A stretch of 62,298 nucleotides of DNA, filler included, from Sluysia triapertura (Eukaryota): NCBI GenBank assembly GCA_046118255.1. It is 5 parts of 5 records of this genome, joined end to end, with 100 filler letters (N's around TTAATTAATTAA, not from the genome) between each part and the next. Parts side by side here need not be neighbours in the genome. Positions count along the whole stretch, not along the records: positions 11,917 to 23,339 come from JBJNIA010184923.1; positions 23,440 to 35,486 come from JBJNIA010144943.1; 3 more parts are not named here. One strand, given 5' to 3'. Below, piece after piece: positions 14,069-28,554 of the stretch (positions are counted from its first letter, which is position 1; every line of letters starts with the position of its first letter). Under the pieces are notes generated by a model. The model was not told the DNA's origin. It made no database searches and saw only the letters and a list, made by a program, of their open reading frames with translations. Made by a program: the position numbers and the translations under genes.

Positions 14069-15090
14069 ATGAGTGCTGCATTTTCATTTAACATTACCAT
14101 ATAATAGTTTCCTGCTCATCAACCACACAATATTGCTAGCATGTTCATTGTGGATTATCGGAATCCAACAGAATTACCCAGTAAATTGGAAGCTGAACTA
14201 GTCAAATTTACTTATAATTTATATAAAGTTTCAATTAAACAATAAACAGAATACTACTTAGTAAAAAATTAGTGGTCATTAGTGCTAACATTAATTTGTT
14301 TTTTGATTAGCATAATAAACTCATTGATAAATTATGTATTGTAGAAAAAATAGATAAAAGACAATACTTTAACCAACCTATGACTAATATATTTATGGAA
14401 AATAATAAAACAATTCTAAAAGCCATGAATTATTAAAATCATCGTTATTTTGAAAATAAAATAACAATGAAAATGAAATTTTTATCCATTGAGAAATTTA
14501 ATATTGATTTTTTATTTTCAAAACAAGAATACGTTAAGACATTTCTTTTCAATTCAGTAATGATAAAAAATGCTTGGTATTTTGTCTGAATTTGAGATTG
14601 AATCAATAGATGTGAATCAATATGTCATTTTAATAAAAATTATTTTGTAAAATCATTGCAGAATTCGTCGATGCAATAAAATTTGAAATGACATACCTTC
14701 AAAAAGTTAAATTAGAAAATAATTAAATTGTTTTACAACTTAAAGATGATCATGATGCAGATCTTTTACGTGAAGGTTTATCAGAGTGTTTAGGATTTAT
14801 TTTTAGTATATTTGATAAAGGAATAATATATACAAAAGATAACTCATCTTTACTGAATAAAGCTGTAAATTCCATGTACATTTACTTGACGTTAAATGAC
14901 CTATTTATATTGGAAACAAAAAAATTCATTATGGGGTCAATTTAGTTATCGAATGCTAAAGAACTTGAAATTGATGATACAGTTACCGTAACTACAAAAG
15001 AATCCGATTTATATGCCTATCATTATCATCGCCTATATACAATATAGAAGTTAGTATTCGCGATGATTTCGGATAATATTTCATAATAAA
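14069..15090 (+). pseudogene. Polinton minor capsid (penton-like) pseudogene
   Basis: ATG at 14069, then FHLTLPYNS...QPHNIASMFIVDYRNPTELPSKLEAELVKFTY near the N-terminus and NSMYIY..PIYIG...NIEVSIRDDFG near the C-terminus. These resemble the Polinton penton consensus (FYLTLPSNS..NT.S.F...LP..I.L.G.WEV.L; SLYVYCD...P..VGD; IEIDIRDD.G). Confidence 0.72.
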
Positions 15091-15179
15091 TTATGAGTTA
15101 TACAAAAACTGTTTGTGTATTTTTGATTGTAATCCGTCTTAAATTGTTATAGAAAATAAAACATTGCAAAAGATTTATT

Positions 15180-15700
15180 TAAAATACAATCATTAGAAAC
15201 TGATTTCCTTGGTCTTAATGATAGATTATTATTGGTTGAGTTGAAAGTTACAAAATCACATTGTACAAAGAAAGTAATTAGATGTTTCATGCATAATGGA
15301 AAGATGTAATTTTATCTATTAATATTACTCAAGTTGATGGAGAAAATTTCATTATGAAAAAGCAACATTAAAATATATTCTAAATTATAGTCATTATACT
15401 AAAGCTTCAGCATTATAATTCAAATAAAAGTCACAGAGTACAATGGATTAAAAAATCAAAGTTTGCAATGCGTGGTTCATTATTGTTGGTTTTTTTCAAT
15501 CAACCAAAATAAATGAATCAAGGTATATATGTTCATTTGAAATTTCAAAGAAATAAATCAAGCTTTTACTTTGTATCTGATGCAAGTACTTGTAGCCATA
15601 GACCTTGAATTTGCTCAAAGATTAGAAGAACCAACATCGGTGTACTTGATAATGAAAAACAGATAAGTAATAACCGTATTGAAATAAATTGATATTTTGT
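15180..15700 (+). pseudogene. Polinton major capsid (double jelly-roll) pseudogene, N-terminal part
   Basis: TDFLGLNDRLLLVELKVTKS, FHA*WKDVILSINITQVDG, LKYILNYSHYTKASAL and FAMRGSLLLVFFNQPK*MNQGIYVHLKFQRNKSSF follow the Polinton MCP motif order. Confidence 0.72.
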
Positions 15701-15779
15701 TATTATATCAATTTAATTTAATTAGCTCTTTAGAAATTAATCAAATTAGTTGTTCTCTACTTGAAAATGAGTTTAAAAA

Positions 15780-16050
15780 TGCATAGCTACTGGAAACAAT
15801 TCCAGCACATTTGTGAAGGTGTGTACATTGTAAATACACGTGTAAGTAATTAAGTTAATGAATTTTTGATGCGACGCATCTGAAACCTGAATGTGTTGAT
15901 GTATTTGATCAATTTGGTTTGTATTATCCAAATTTTATTGAAATTTTAGACAAGAAATTCAAATATATTAGCAACGAGTATTTTATTATGAATATTTGTG
16001 TAAATAAATTTATTTGAATATGTCTTATTGTGTTATATTTGTTTGGCATT
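15780..16050 (+). pseudogene. Adenain-like cysteine protease remnant (Polinton)
   Basis: VDVFDQFG (cf. EYFDSYG) near 15893-15918 and a downstream YCVIF-like segment, located directly after the MCP remnant. Confidence 0.45.
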
Positions 16051-19000
16051 AAAAAAAATATATAAAATGAATTTCGCCTTCATTGATATAGAAAGTTATG
16101 TTATAATGAAAACAAATTATTAATTAAAGAAATATATTTTATGTGGAAGATTGGTTTGGTCAAATTCATGATACATACTTATTATCAATAAAATAGAATG
16201 AATTGAATATACAGTTGTCTATAATTTTATATAATTGTATATATTAATAAATTTTTGCGTGTAATTTTGTCTTTTTAATTAATTAATTGTCAGTAAATTT
16301 CGTCATCAAAATGATTTTAAAATAATTTTTTTCAATAAATAAGTATTTACAATAGTAAATGGTATATTACTGATAAAAATTAACTAAACAAAGACGTTTC
16401 TTTTTAGTAATGTATTTGTTTTAGTTATGCATTATTTTAATTTTATTGGATGTTGAATACTTTATTTGACTCATTATTTAGCACAAGTAAGGTTTTTTCT
16501 TTATTTATTATTAATATATAGAAGTATAATCTTTCGGACATAATCACTATTTATTATTAATATAATGAATGTTTTTAATGTGAAGGAAAAGAAAAGGAAG
16601 TGCATCGAGATATAAAACAATTTAATTTTTGGAAAGTCGTCGAAGAAGAAGATATTTCAAAAATCAAATATATATAAAATTAATTTTTATTTTTTATTAA
16701 ATTAATTTCTAGATTATTTACAAATAGCGAACAAGGCCGAAAATGGAAATAAAAACAAGAAGACAAACAAAAGTAATTGTTATTTTTATTACGTTATTTT
16801 TTAGATTTACAATTCAGGAATGAAAAATCCATTAATGTCGAAGAAGGTGGAAAATAAAAATAAAGATGAAAAAGTAATTTAATATGTTTAATAAGAGCCA
16901 TTCGGTCTCTAAAATATCCATTTAAAAAAACGATTTAAGTAATACTCACCAACTTTTAAGTGATCAAAATATAAAATCAGTACTTTTTCCTAATAAAGTG
17001 ATAGTTAAGTTAAGAGAAATTAAAAAACAATTAAGAAATATTAACATCTAGCAAGATTTAAGGTAAAGTTTGGTAAAGATTGTGAAACAAAACAATGGTA
17101 CGATAATGTTTAACTATTATTAAAAAGTTAACAAAAATCACATTAATATTACAAAAGCTATATAATCTTTCGCAGCTCTGTCTAATTCTAAATTTGACTT
17201 TGGACAATAATATTAAAGATGATTCAAAGATTCAACATAATTAAACTTAAATAAATAAATATTTGATAAATATTTAATAATTGTATTAATTAGTTTTGAC
17301 TAAAAACTTGCAAACTTAAATTTTATATTATATGTTAAACATAATATCTAATAAGCAGTATCGATAACAAAATGCAAAATTAAAAAGAAATAGATGTTGA
17401 TTTTAAGTTACTTTTATTTGTATTATTATTATTATTTCTTTTAGAATTGTATTTATAAAAATATTACGCAAAGATTGCGAAATTATATTTTTCTATTAAG
17501 TTTTAGTTAAGACTTAACCGTACGAAAAAAAGATAAATATTTATGAAATATATATAACAATACCGTTTTTTGTTAAATAGTTTCGAGTTTAAATTTGAGG
17601 TTTTCGAAGTAATTTAAATATTTATAGGTAATTACAATTATGAATTAATGTTTGCCTTGGTATATGAATTCTATATTCGTTGAAGGCAGATTATTAATTA
17701 TCAAATATTACTACGAAAATAACGCAAATTCATAGTAAAAGTACAATAAAAATCCATTCAAAACATGATAACATATTTTTGACATTATTTGAAGTAATTT
17801 GAATAAAACCGTCTATCGACGGTGAAGGTACTGTTAAAGTTAATACAGAATAGCAAAAACACAAACAGTCCAATTCTGAGGATCATGAAACATCTACACA
17901 TTTAAGTCATGAAAAATGAAAAGATTATACATAAGATATGTTTGACGGAAACCACAATTTTGAAAGAATTATATAAATTGACGCATTTTATTTATCTTAA
18001 TAATCTTTCTGGTTAGCCTAATAATATATTTATTGCATTTCTTTAAAAAATCTAGATAAAAAATACTTCAAAATATTCTTATTATCAATTTAAAATGAAA
18101 TTCTTTCATTATAAAAATACTCGGAAATTTATTTTATCTAAAACATACATTTTATACATCTCTTATTAATTATTAAATATTTATAATATTCATTGTACAA
18201 TATTCATAATACAATATTTTCCTATCTAAATAAAAATAATCAATTTCATATATGTATATTGTATATTATTTATTTACCATTAAACTAGCACATACAATCA
18301 AACAACGTATCATATTTTCTAATGTTTACTTATCTATTCATTGCCAAACTCTTCGTGTTTTTTTCTTTCAATATTATGTTTTTTTTTGAATCAAATTTGA
18401 TTCATTCAAAGATAATACATTTTGAATTGATTATAAAATTTGTTTATTGTTAAAATATTTTTCGGTTATTTTTCATTTTTTACTTTATTTCTTGTTATAC
18501 ATAGTAAATATTTTATCAATTTTTTTGATTTTAAGTATAAAATATATAATTTATTTATTGAATTTGACAATTAAATCTTTTTCAAAATCCAAAATGCAAA
18601 ATAATTAATTATAATATAAACATCGAATCGAATTTATTTTTCTAAAATAATACTTTTATTAGACTAAAAAAATTAATCAGAACAAAATATAGCTTAGAAC
18701 AGAAGGCAGAAGAAAATGCCTTAAAACAATTCAACATAAGAAAAAGGAAACGCTGGATAAAGAAAATATTGATATGTTGCCATCACATTTAATGAGTAAG
18801 GCCGAAAAGTATATTATATTAATAAATCAGAAATGAAAAATGTATATTAACACAGAAAAACACAAAGTAGATGTAAATAAATAAATTATATGGCCAAAGT
18901 TATATTATAAAATAAAATTAACTTTTACAAAGAACAAAGTAACAATGAACTCATAACAAGACAAAACAAGATTGTGTGTGGATAGGTTTAAATATGAAAC

Positions 19001-19844
19001 AAAATTATTAATTAATTGATTGTAATATTGTAAGATAATTTATATCTTTGGGTTTATAGTTTTATTGAGATAAATCGTTTTATAATCTTTACTCATTTAA
19101 TTGAATATTTAAATTTTATGGTTATGATTATAAGTTATTGTGATAATTTTGATTTAGAGGTTGAGTTCAAGTTTTATTCTTTTTCTTATTTATTCACAAT
19201 GTAAAAGAAAGTATCACTTATGAGTTTATATTAATGAAATATTTTATGAAAACAAAACTCATACTTAGTTACGGTACATATTATATTTGGTAATATATTG
19301 TCACAATGTATTATAATTCGTATTATAATTAATCAATTCACTTTTAATACTAATTCAGCTTTGCTAGTTAGTATTCATTTTTTGTTTGATTTTAAACGTT
19401 TTATTGGCATGTTGATCTGATCCATGATGTTTTCCGGAAGCTAATTAAATGTGATGAGGAATAATTAGAAATGCTTTTTTGATAATAATTGATAATGATT
19501 TGAAAGATCAGTTAACATCCTCTAGAGTTATGAATCTATTAGATCAATGTGCAAGCGATTTGGTTCAAGATATGATCGATCTATTCCAATTTATAACTTT
19601 ATAATTGTGTTTATTATATTTTGTCATAATTAGGGTACATCATACTCCTTTAAGACCAAAATTCTAAGTTTGCGCATTTTATTAACGAAAAATGAAATAA
19701 TTTTATCACGTAAACAAATACTATGTTTATTCTGTTTTAGATTGAATTTTGGAAAAGGAATTGAAATAAATTCTTCCAAATTTTTACTATTCGACTTTGA
19801 GATTGAAATGAATCTTAACCGAAATTCGAAGTTAATTTATATTA

Positions 19845-20210
19845 CAGTAAACTCCCATGGATAATATTTAGAAAATGCGTACTTGTTTAAATAAATACGC
19901 AACTATTTATTTTAAGAAGTACAATTTTAATTTTATTGATTTTCTATTGATTTACCGATATGTATTTTATTTTTCTTTAGGTTTAAAATACCTTATAAAA
20001 ATTAAAATTTTAATTAAATTTAAATTTTAATTTATTTTAGAAAAATATCCTATCGCAATGTCAAATGATCGCAAAACAGCCGTACTTACTTCCGTTAATT
20101 GAAATGAGTGAAAAGGGTAAATCCACATCGAAACTTTCGGAAGAATACAGAGTTGGTACTCAAAGAGTTCACGATAAAATTAAGGAAAAGAGAAAGTTGG
20201 ATGAGTTTAC
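19845..20210 (+). mobile_element. pogo/Tigger 5' remnant (TIR start plus psq-type HTH)
   Basis: TA|CAGTAAACTCCC resembles the TIR of the 3150-4416 element. ORF 20065 contains LIEMSEKGKSTSKLSEEYRVGTQRVHDKIKEKRKL, a CENP-B N-terminal-like HTH. A matching 3'-end-like sequence occurs at about 21950-22012. Confidence 0.6.
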
Positions 20211-23204
20211 AAAGATTGTGATAGTAATTACCGATTACCGTTTTTTTAGTAAAGTATTGAATGTATTTTCATTGTATTATATTAGCATTTTTTATTATTA
20301 TTTTGTATTGTTGAATTCAAAAATTATTCAAGCTTAATAATTATTCTATGCAAAACTTAAAATGACTCTGGACATTTTCTTGTATCAATGAATTTAAATA
20401 TACTAAATTATTTTATCTACACTTACAATAAAAGCAAACAATTAATATTTCAACACAAACTTAATGAAATGTTTTAACAAATTCCTAACTTTACAATATA
20501 AATTTACAATAACTTAAACTTATTTAGTTACTCGTTAGCTGTAGTTTAAAATCTACTAATGATTATTTTATCTAATCACTTTCTATCTTCTCGCTTTATA
20601 AATAGTCTTTATGTTTTATTTTATATGTGAACGTGAGTTCGAATACTTGTTTCGATGACAGGGAATGGGAACACAAGCTAATTTTTATTTTACTTTGAGA
20701 TAAAATTTTATGTTAGTTAATAATTCAACTTTATTCAAAAAAAATATTATCGTCAACTATAATGTAATTTTTTAACTTAGTTTTAATTCATATCCTCGAT
20801 TACAATATAATTTTATTCTATTCTTCCCTTTTTTGGGGCACTATTTCCAATAAACGGTTTATAATAAAAAAACGCGAGTTACACAAAAATTTATTAATAA
20901 TACAAAACAATGATATGAATAAATAATGTAAATTTAATTATTATAATTAAAATGTTTATCAGCTCAAATATTCAATAATAAGTATTATTACCTGTTCTAT
21001 CATATAACATTTTTATTCACCGAAAAGATTGTTCTGTTAACTTTCGAATTACAACTGCATTCACTAAAAAGATCGTTCAAATGTGTCCTCAGATGAATAT
21101 GTATCATCAAAATGTTAGTTTATAAATTGTTCGACAAAACGTCTTCCCTTTAGTATTCACGATAATAATAACTGTGTATGGCGTTCATTGAAATGTCTAC
21201 TTTCCTCTTAATATTTGCAGTGACGATAACTGAGTCGTTGCAATAACAATAATAATCATTGTGTGTCGTTCAGACATTTTTACTTGTATTTATAGTGTTA
21301 CAATTTAAATTTAATTTGTTTCACATTAGATTAACAAATAAATAATTTTCGTACATACAATTCCTAAAAATAGTATAGTAATAATTTCAGAACATATAAT
21401 ACTAGTTTATTTCAGACTGTATAATAATAGTTAAAAGTATTCATAATAATAAAATTCATTCAACAGCTACAATAATCATTACTGATATTTGAGCTTGCTA
21501 TTAAATTTTGATTGTATATATTTTGTATTCAATCTTATTTTAATATGATTTTTCTCCATTATAATGCTTTTAAATTTATTATCATATTATTCTCCCTGTT
21601 CTGCCAAATCTTTAGTTTAAATTAATTTTTATCGAAAATAATGTTATTAATTTTTAATTATATACTGGTTTCATTCAATTTCAATTTGATATAATTTTTA
21701 TTCTCTTCATGTTACATTGTCTTTATAGAATCTCATTTTAAAATGACATTTTGTTTGATTTCAATTTAAACTTATTACTATTTGTTATTAGCTCTATTAC
21801 ATTTCATTTTAAATTGATATAAAGCATCATAATCTTAATGATAATGATTTTAATTTTACTTTAAAATAATTTTATTTTTTAAAATTAAAATAATATAAAA
21901 AATTAAGAATTAAAATAAAAAGTTGAATATTATGTTACAATATTATTATTTTGCGGATTATCAGTGTTTTTAGATTATCCCTGCCGAACTTCATCATCAT
22001 TAGCCAGAAATTCTTAAGTGATAACTTATATAATAATTTAGTAGGTAGTAAAGATTTCCTCTTAAATGTAAAACTTAATATCACGAAAATGATAAAACTT
22101 AAATTAAATGAAGTAATTGAAAATAAATTCTTATACGAAATAAATAAACAAAATTTTATGTCATGAAACTATAAAATTTACATTAATACATACCAAGAAT
22201 ATTTTCACGATTATATTTTAAACTTAAACTATACTTGTAATTTTGTGTTAATAGTGCTTTAGAAAGTTAATTTTTAATCATTTGTAATTTAATATTTTAT
22301 TGTAATTTTTGATAAATTATATTAATTGTGATATAGTGAATATAATTAAGGTTAGATTTTATTTTGATTTCCTGTGTTTTGATTGTAAAAGTTATCGAAC
22401 AATTAGTTTAAACTATTTGAAGTTTGTGATAAAAAGTTTTTAATTGACCAGAATGTATTTAAAGGTGCTCTACCTTTAGCATCAAAGACAAAATCAGAAA
22501 TAACTTTACAAATTTAAAAATACATATTACAAAATTTAAACATAAAAGTTAAGCTTAAAATAAAAACTAATTAAGAAAAGATAATAAAAGATAATAAAAA
22601 ACTTAAATTAATATGAATTAAAATCTAAGTTATATATCGATTTCGAGTAGATTAATAAAACGGAATTTATTACAAGTTTCACTCATAACTTAAACAAGTT
22701 AATTTAGAAAAACTAACCCTCTGAGATTTCTTAGGCAAGTATAGTTTCTTTAAATTCAGCCTAATATCAAAAATGGTATACCATTTTTAAAGATGACATT
22801 TAATTTAATTTCACTGAACTTTTTAAATTTTCAGTAAAATTAAAATTGACAATATTCTATTGCCTTACATATTCCGGCACTATGGAAGGGGAGAATTCGA
22901 ATTATAAGGTTTTGATATTACCAATGTAATGACATATCTTTATAGATCGGCCCTAGTTATCGGCACAAGGTAAAACAAATCTAGTTCATAATGTTCGAAC
23001 AATATCAGATTTCAGAGTAACACAAGAAAATACACTATGATTCGAATGAAAATAAAAGAAAAAGAAGATGACACATTTGCAAATACATTTGATGGAATAT
23101 TTAAATTATAAAAGATCTTTTAAAAAATGATGATAATAGTTTGCATTATACTTTATAATAAAGAATAATTGATTTAAATGTTTTTAAAATTCATTTCATT
23201 TGTT

Positions 23205-23256
<52 letters not shown>

Positions 23257-23339
23257 TATTAATATATTAATATATTACGCTCATACAAAATAAATCATTC
23301 ACCATAATAAAAACAGAAAGAACTTTGCATTTTTCTTAA

Positions 23340-23439
23340 NNNNNNNNNNNNNNNNNNNNNNNNNNNNNNNNNNNNNNNNNNNNTTAATTAATTAANNNNN
23401 NNNNNNNNNNNNNNNNNNNNNNNNNNNNNNNNNNNNNNN
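23340..23439. other. Artificial contig linker
   Basis: N44-TTAATTAATTAA-N44. Confidence 0.97.
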
Positions 23440-23759
23440 CTTCGTAATATTTATAAAACGACGTCGGAAATATCTTTATACACTACTTTTGTTTTTTTGT
23501 TAATAAAAAATAGCCATTTTTCGACCATACACTTGAAAAATAAATAAACCGGGAAGGGTTTAAACAGGAAATCACATATTGAACGCACTGTGCAACATTA
23601 AAAAACACGTTTAAAATTACCTTATGTAAATTTAATATAAATTAAAAGAATTTTGACTAAATATATAACGTTAACACACTAATAAATTATAAAATAACAA
23701 TAAAAATCATACTTCAAAGAACAGTTTTCATTTTGAGAAGCTACATTATGATTATTTAA

Positions 23760-23970
23760 CACTTTAATCGCCACCACTAAAATATAATGCATGTCCCAAA
23801 GACGAGTTTTCTTTTTTAGAAATTTTTTTTATTTTAAAGTTTCATTAAAAAAACAATGGAAAATAAAACGAAGTTTAAAAAAATGCTTCTGGGATTAAAT
23901 GAAACATAATGCGTGTAACTCAAACCACTAAACAAAATTGAATAAGTATTACTTCATGGCGGTTAAGATG
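23760..23970. mobile_element. piggyBac-type MITE
   Basis: TTAA|CACTTTAATCGCCA ... TGGCGGTTAAGATG|TTAA. Confidence 0.65.
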
Positions 23971-24858
23971 TTAAAATACTAATTCATTAATTACAGCTGA
24001 ATATCAGAAAATAATTCGAATTTTATTCAAACATATTAGGAATTAAAAGTGTGAATTATTATTTCCAAATCACTTTTAACAAATAAAATTGTGTATATAT
24101 ATATATGTATATTAAAAGACAAAATATGAATTTAAACTTCCCGTAAGTTCAAAATAATCCAAATGAGCTATCACGATTATACAATATTAATATTAATAAT
24201 AGTAATAATAATAGCAATAGTAATAATAATGACTTTCATAAAATATAGTGGAAACAACACTACAACACACCAAAACACAAATAAACATGTGAATATATAA
24301 ATAAAATTTCAATCAAAAATTCAGTACATTAATAACATCTTAAATTAAAAAATAGAGGATTTTTAGATTCAAATACATAATTATATTTTATAATTTATTA
24401 TCAATTTTACAAAAAAATTGTAATTGAACCTATTTTGACAAATAACATTTGACTAACAAAGTCAAAAAGAATTGTTCCACTTTGTTTTATTAATGAATTA
24501 CTATCATAGTAATACTTCTTTATAAAATATTGGTTATAAAATAATTTAAATTATTAACTTTCAAGGTTAAAAAAATATTGCAAAGTTTTATTTATTTATA
24601 AAGTAGACCAGGCCAATCAAATATTAACATTTATGGATTAAATTAAACATTAAATTAAGATAAATAATATTTCATTACGTTCTGCTACAAAACTAAAGCT
24701 AATTAATTTAATATTTAATAATTAAAATTAATAAAAATGAATGACTAAAGAGAAATTTCACACAGTTATAGGACAAAATATAATCTGTAAATATAATTTG
24801 TATATTTTCATTTTACAGATTATAAATCGAAATAAAACTTAGATACGAGGTGTTATGA

Positions 24859-24898
24859 CTAGCATGTTTTATTATTATTATTATTATTATCATCATCA

Positions 24899-24953
<55 letters not shown>

Positions 24954-25801
24954 TGACTGCGGCAGTGACGGAAGTATTGATAACATTAGTACTGAAAGTT
25001 TGGGTGCTGTTTTTCACTGGCAAAATATTTTGTATAATATTATCGTAATATTCACCAAATACATTTCGATTATGAGCTACAATTCGGATTAATTGTCCAA
25101 CAAAACGCCGTAATCCGGTTTGAACTATTGAAAGACCTTGAGGTATTTGGATTGGTTCACGGTGATTTGATAATAGTGATTTTAAAACAAAATCACGGAT
25201 CCGAGAAGCTAAACAATAAATTAGCATTAAATTTTGATTGAACAGAAATTATAAAAAACTTTTTTAATTTCCCCACCACCTTTTTTAAAATAAACATTCT
25301 CAATTTCTTATTTACCCACCCTACTCGTGAAAAATTTTAAAGAGCTCATCGGTGCTTTCGAAAAGCTAAATGTTGGAAAAGACCCGAAAGTTCGGAATGA
25401 AGTTGTTCCTGCAACTGTATTGGAGTGTGACATTGTCGATGAATAAAAATAATTGATAGAAATAATTTTAAAATTGTATTTTAATTTTATAGGTAAAAAT
25501 TATATGACTATGTGCGAATTAATTATATTAAAGAAAATAAAAATAAAATGCAAAAAAGATATTTAAATTCTCCACACTTAATAGTATTTCAAAAAAATTT
25601 CGGATCAAATGTCAAAATAACTAAAAGAAAATTTATAGCGAAAAAAATAGCGAAAGGAAATTTATTTTCGCAATCCCTTTCATGAAACTTGCTGTATTTG
25701 GTTAATTAAGATTGATCATAAAAATTCGGGTCATAGAAATTTAAGATCTAACTTCCACGAAAATAATTATAAACAAATGTGATTGATATAATTTATATCA
25801 A

Positions 25802-25838
<37 letters not shown>

Positions 25839-28499
25839 GCCAGCGACTACACTGTACTCACCCGAAGAATGGATGATCACGTTCGATTTGCGCATGGAAG
25901 ACAATCAAGTCAAGCTTAACGAAAGATTGTTCATTAAGAAAATTTATTCCTACATCTCAGTCAACTAAAGGCACCAGTTTATCCCATGCTCAATATGCTT
26001 AACAAACATGGATATTCATCTCAATTCATCCAAAAATGCAATTTTTCAGGAATGTTAATGAAGGCAATTTTAATTTTATTGGTGTTTCGGTAATAACTGT
26101 GAAGGAATTTCCTGTCTATTGTAATGATGCATGTTTTGAGCACTTTTTACATAACATTTCACTGAAAATTTTATATGCGGAAAACATTTTTAATAAAAAT
26201 AAATGCTTTTTCTTGTCCGATATTTTGTATACTGCTTTTAAATTGCATAAAATTTACAAAATAGCTTTCAATACATTGTCGATATATGTGTGGCGGAGTC
26301 AAATGCGGAATAATTTGGATTAAGTTGTATGACTATCGAAAGATTACTTTTTTGAGAGCATAGTTAAGGTAAAATTAATGTCTGCAGAAAAATAAAATAA
26401 ATCACTATTCTTGATATTCTACTTGTGTGCCAGATAAATTTATCTACAACAAATTGATGATTGCTTAAATATTGTACGAACTAAATGAAATTCAGATAAA
26501 TTTAAATTTTTCGGTTTTTAAAATTTATGGAGTCAGGAATTCGTTATTCGACAACTTCGCGTTTGTCCCGATTTTAAAATTGATGACAGAGTATTTTATG
26601 AACCATTGCGAATGTCTATAAATCTTCTTATCAATTATGCCCCCAAAAAAAACCTCTTATATACAAAGCATTATTGGGATCATGCTATTGTTATCGTCTT
26701 ACTATCCTTCTATTATCTCTATATTTTGTTTTTATTTTCTCAATTTTATTAAAACCAAATGTGATAGATGTTAAGAAGTCTGTCTATGTTTTTCAAGTAC
26801 TAATCCGCATAAATTATTATTTAATATTCTTACATTTCTATGTAATTTAATAATATAATTTATGTAAATAGATTTATTTGTGTTTGATTATAAATTTTGT
26901 ATTTAATGTTACAATTAATCAAGTTAAAGCATATTTTGATAATTATTTTTTTGATCTATACGAATTAAAGTTTGAAACATTTCATGAAGAATTCAAAATC
27001 ATGCAAAGTATTCATAAGTGTGGAATATTTCGACAAATGAACGAAGAAAATAATAGTTCGTCTCTTAAAAATTCATTGGATGATATACTGAAATTGATTA
27101 ATTTTGTCAGATGAATTAAGAATATGTGCGCCGATTCTCAACTGTGGTCAGATAGTCGAATACCAGTTTTGACAACAAAATCTTACACATATAGCCATAT
27201 AAATACAATCAGAGCTTATTTCGAAATAGACATGATTAGTAAAAGTTAAATATGTACTTATGTAAACTGTCCGAAAGGCGATGTTTTGTTTTGGTATGTA
27301 AACCTTAAGTTTTTTATTAGTATAATCATAAATGTTTAATTTTTATTAAACAATGCATACTTAGAAATTGGCTCCATATTTATTAATGAAAACGTCCACG
27401 ACGAAGTATTTGAAGATTCTAGTAACCAAGCCATCCTCAATTTTTTATTCATGCAGGATGGAGCCAGATCTCATGGAGTATCAGGAGTTTCGACTTATTG
27501 TGTTGGGTGCGGAGAAATTTAACGGAAAATAAATCGATCGCCCGACATCAATCCATGGGATTCATCAAGGATCAGATGTGCAAAACATCAATTAATGATT
27601 TGATCTAGTTGAAGCAACAGATTAATTTTCTTAATTATACAAACTCAACGTGCAACCTTTTCATTAAAACATTAAAGATATACGAACTTTCCTTTGATTA
27701 TGATTGAGATTACTGAAGGTGTCGCTCAAAGTTCGTAAAAAAAGGTAATTATAAAAATACTTACTTAATAATTTGTTTATAGGATTTTCTACATCTGCAG
27801 CTTGTATAATTCCAAACCTAATTTCCGATAATTTCGAGTCACTAACACTATATTCATATCTTTTTGCATCTTCTTGAATATCCGTGATCACACTTATAGC
27901 AAGATTTTCAGCTTTTTCCGTAAAATATCTATCACGGTGAAAAATAAAATTACATTAAAAATGTTTTCAATAATTTTATATATAAAGTCTAAATGAACCA
28001 TTGTTTTTTATTGAACAATCAATGTCATTTTTATTTTTCATTTTAAGCATTCCATTTTTATCCGATTTTTATGAACAGAATTTTTGGATAAATATAAATT
28101 TTGAATTATTATTATGATTATTGTTATAATTGATTTTGTGTTATAAAAACTGTGTACTGTTTATCTTTTCTTAATTTAAACTCGTAATAACTCGATTCCT
28201 TGCACTTTAATTCTCTTAAAATTATCGAGTTCCAATAAATTTTCTGGAATATTTATGACTCTTTCTTCTCATGAGTTGATTTAAAAAATTTTCTTTTGTG
28301 TAGCAATATAGTAATTTTTGCTTGTAATAATTTCCAGCTATTGATTTATTTTCATATGTTTATAATAACTTTTTCATAATCAATTTTGCTTATGTTTTAT
28401 TTCGTCTTAATATACTTTTAATTCGAATTTTTTTCGGTTGCATTATACTATATACATATACAAACACACAGACGGACAAGTATATCACCATCCATATTA

Positions 28500-28554
<55 letters not shown>

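Larger units (their letters stand above)
13040..16200 (+). mobile_element. Decayed Maverick/Polinton element: integrase, minor capsid, major capsid, protease and a possible exonuclease-like ORF. True extent may be about 12.3-19 kb.
   Basis: Co-linear, same-strand pseudogene remnants of four Polinton hallmark genes (see sub-features). No TIRs, pPolB or packaging ATPase were recognised. Confidence 0.82.

Noticed and set aside
25850-25935. Hammerhead-ribozyme-like or Penelope terminus
   Set aside because: The core CUGANGA is not intact and the stems could not be paired convincingly.
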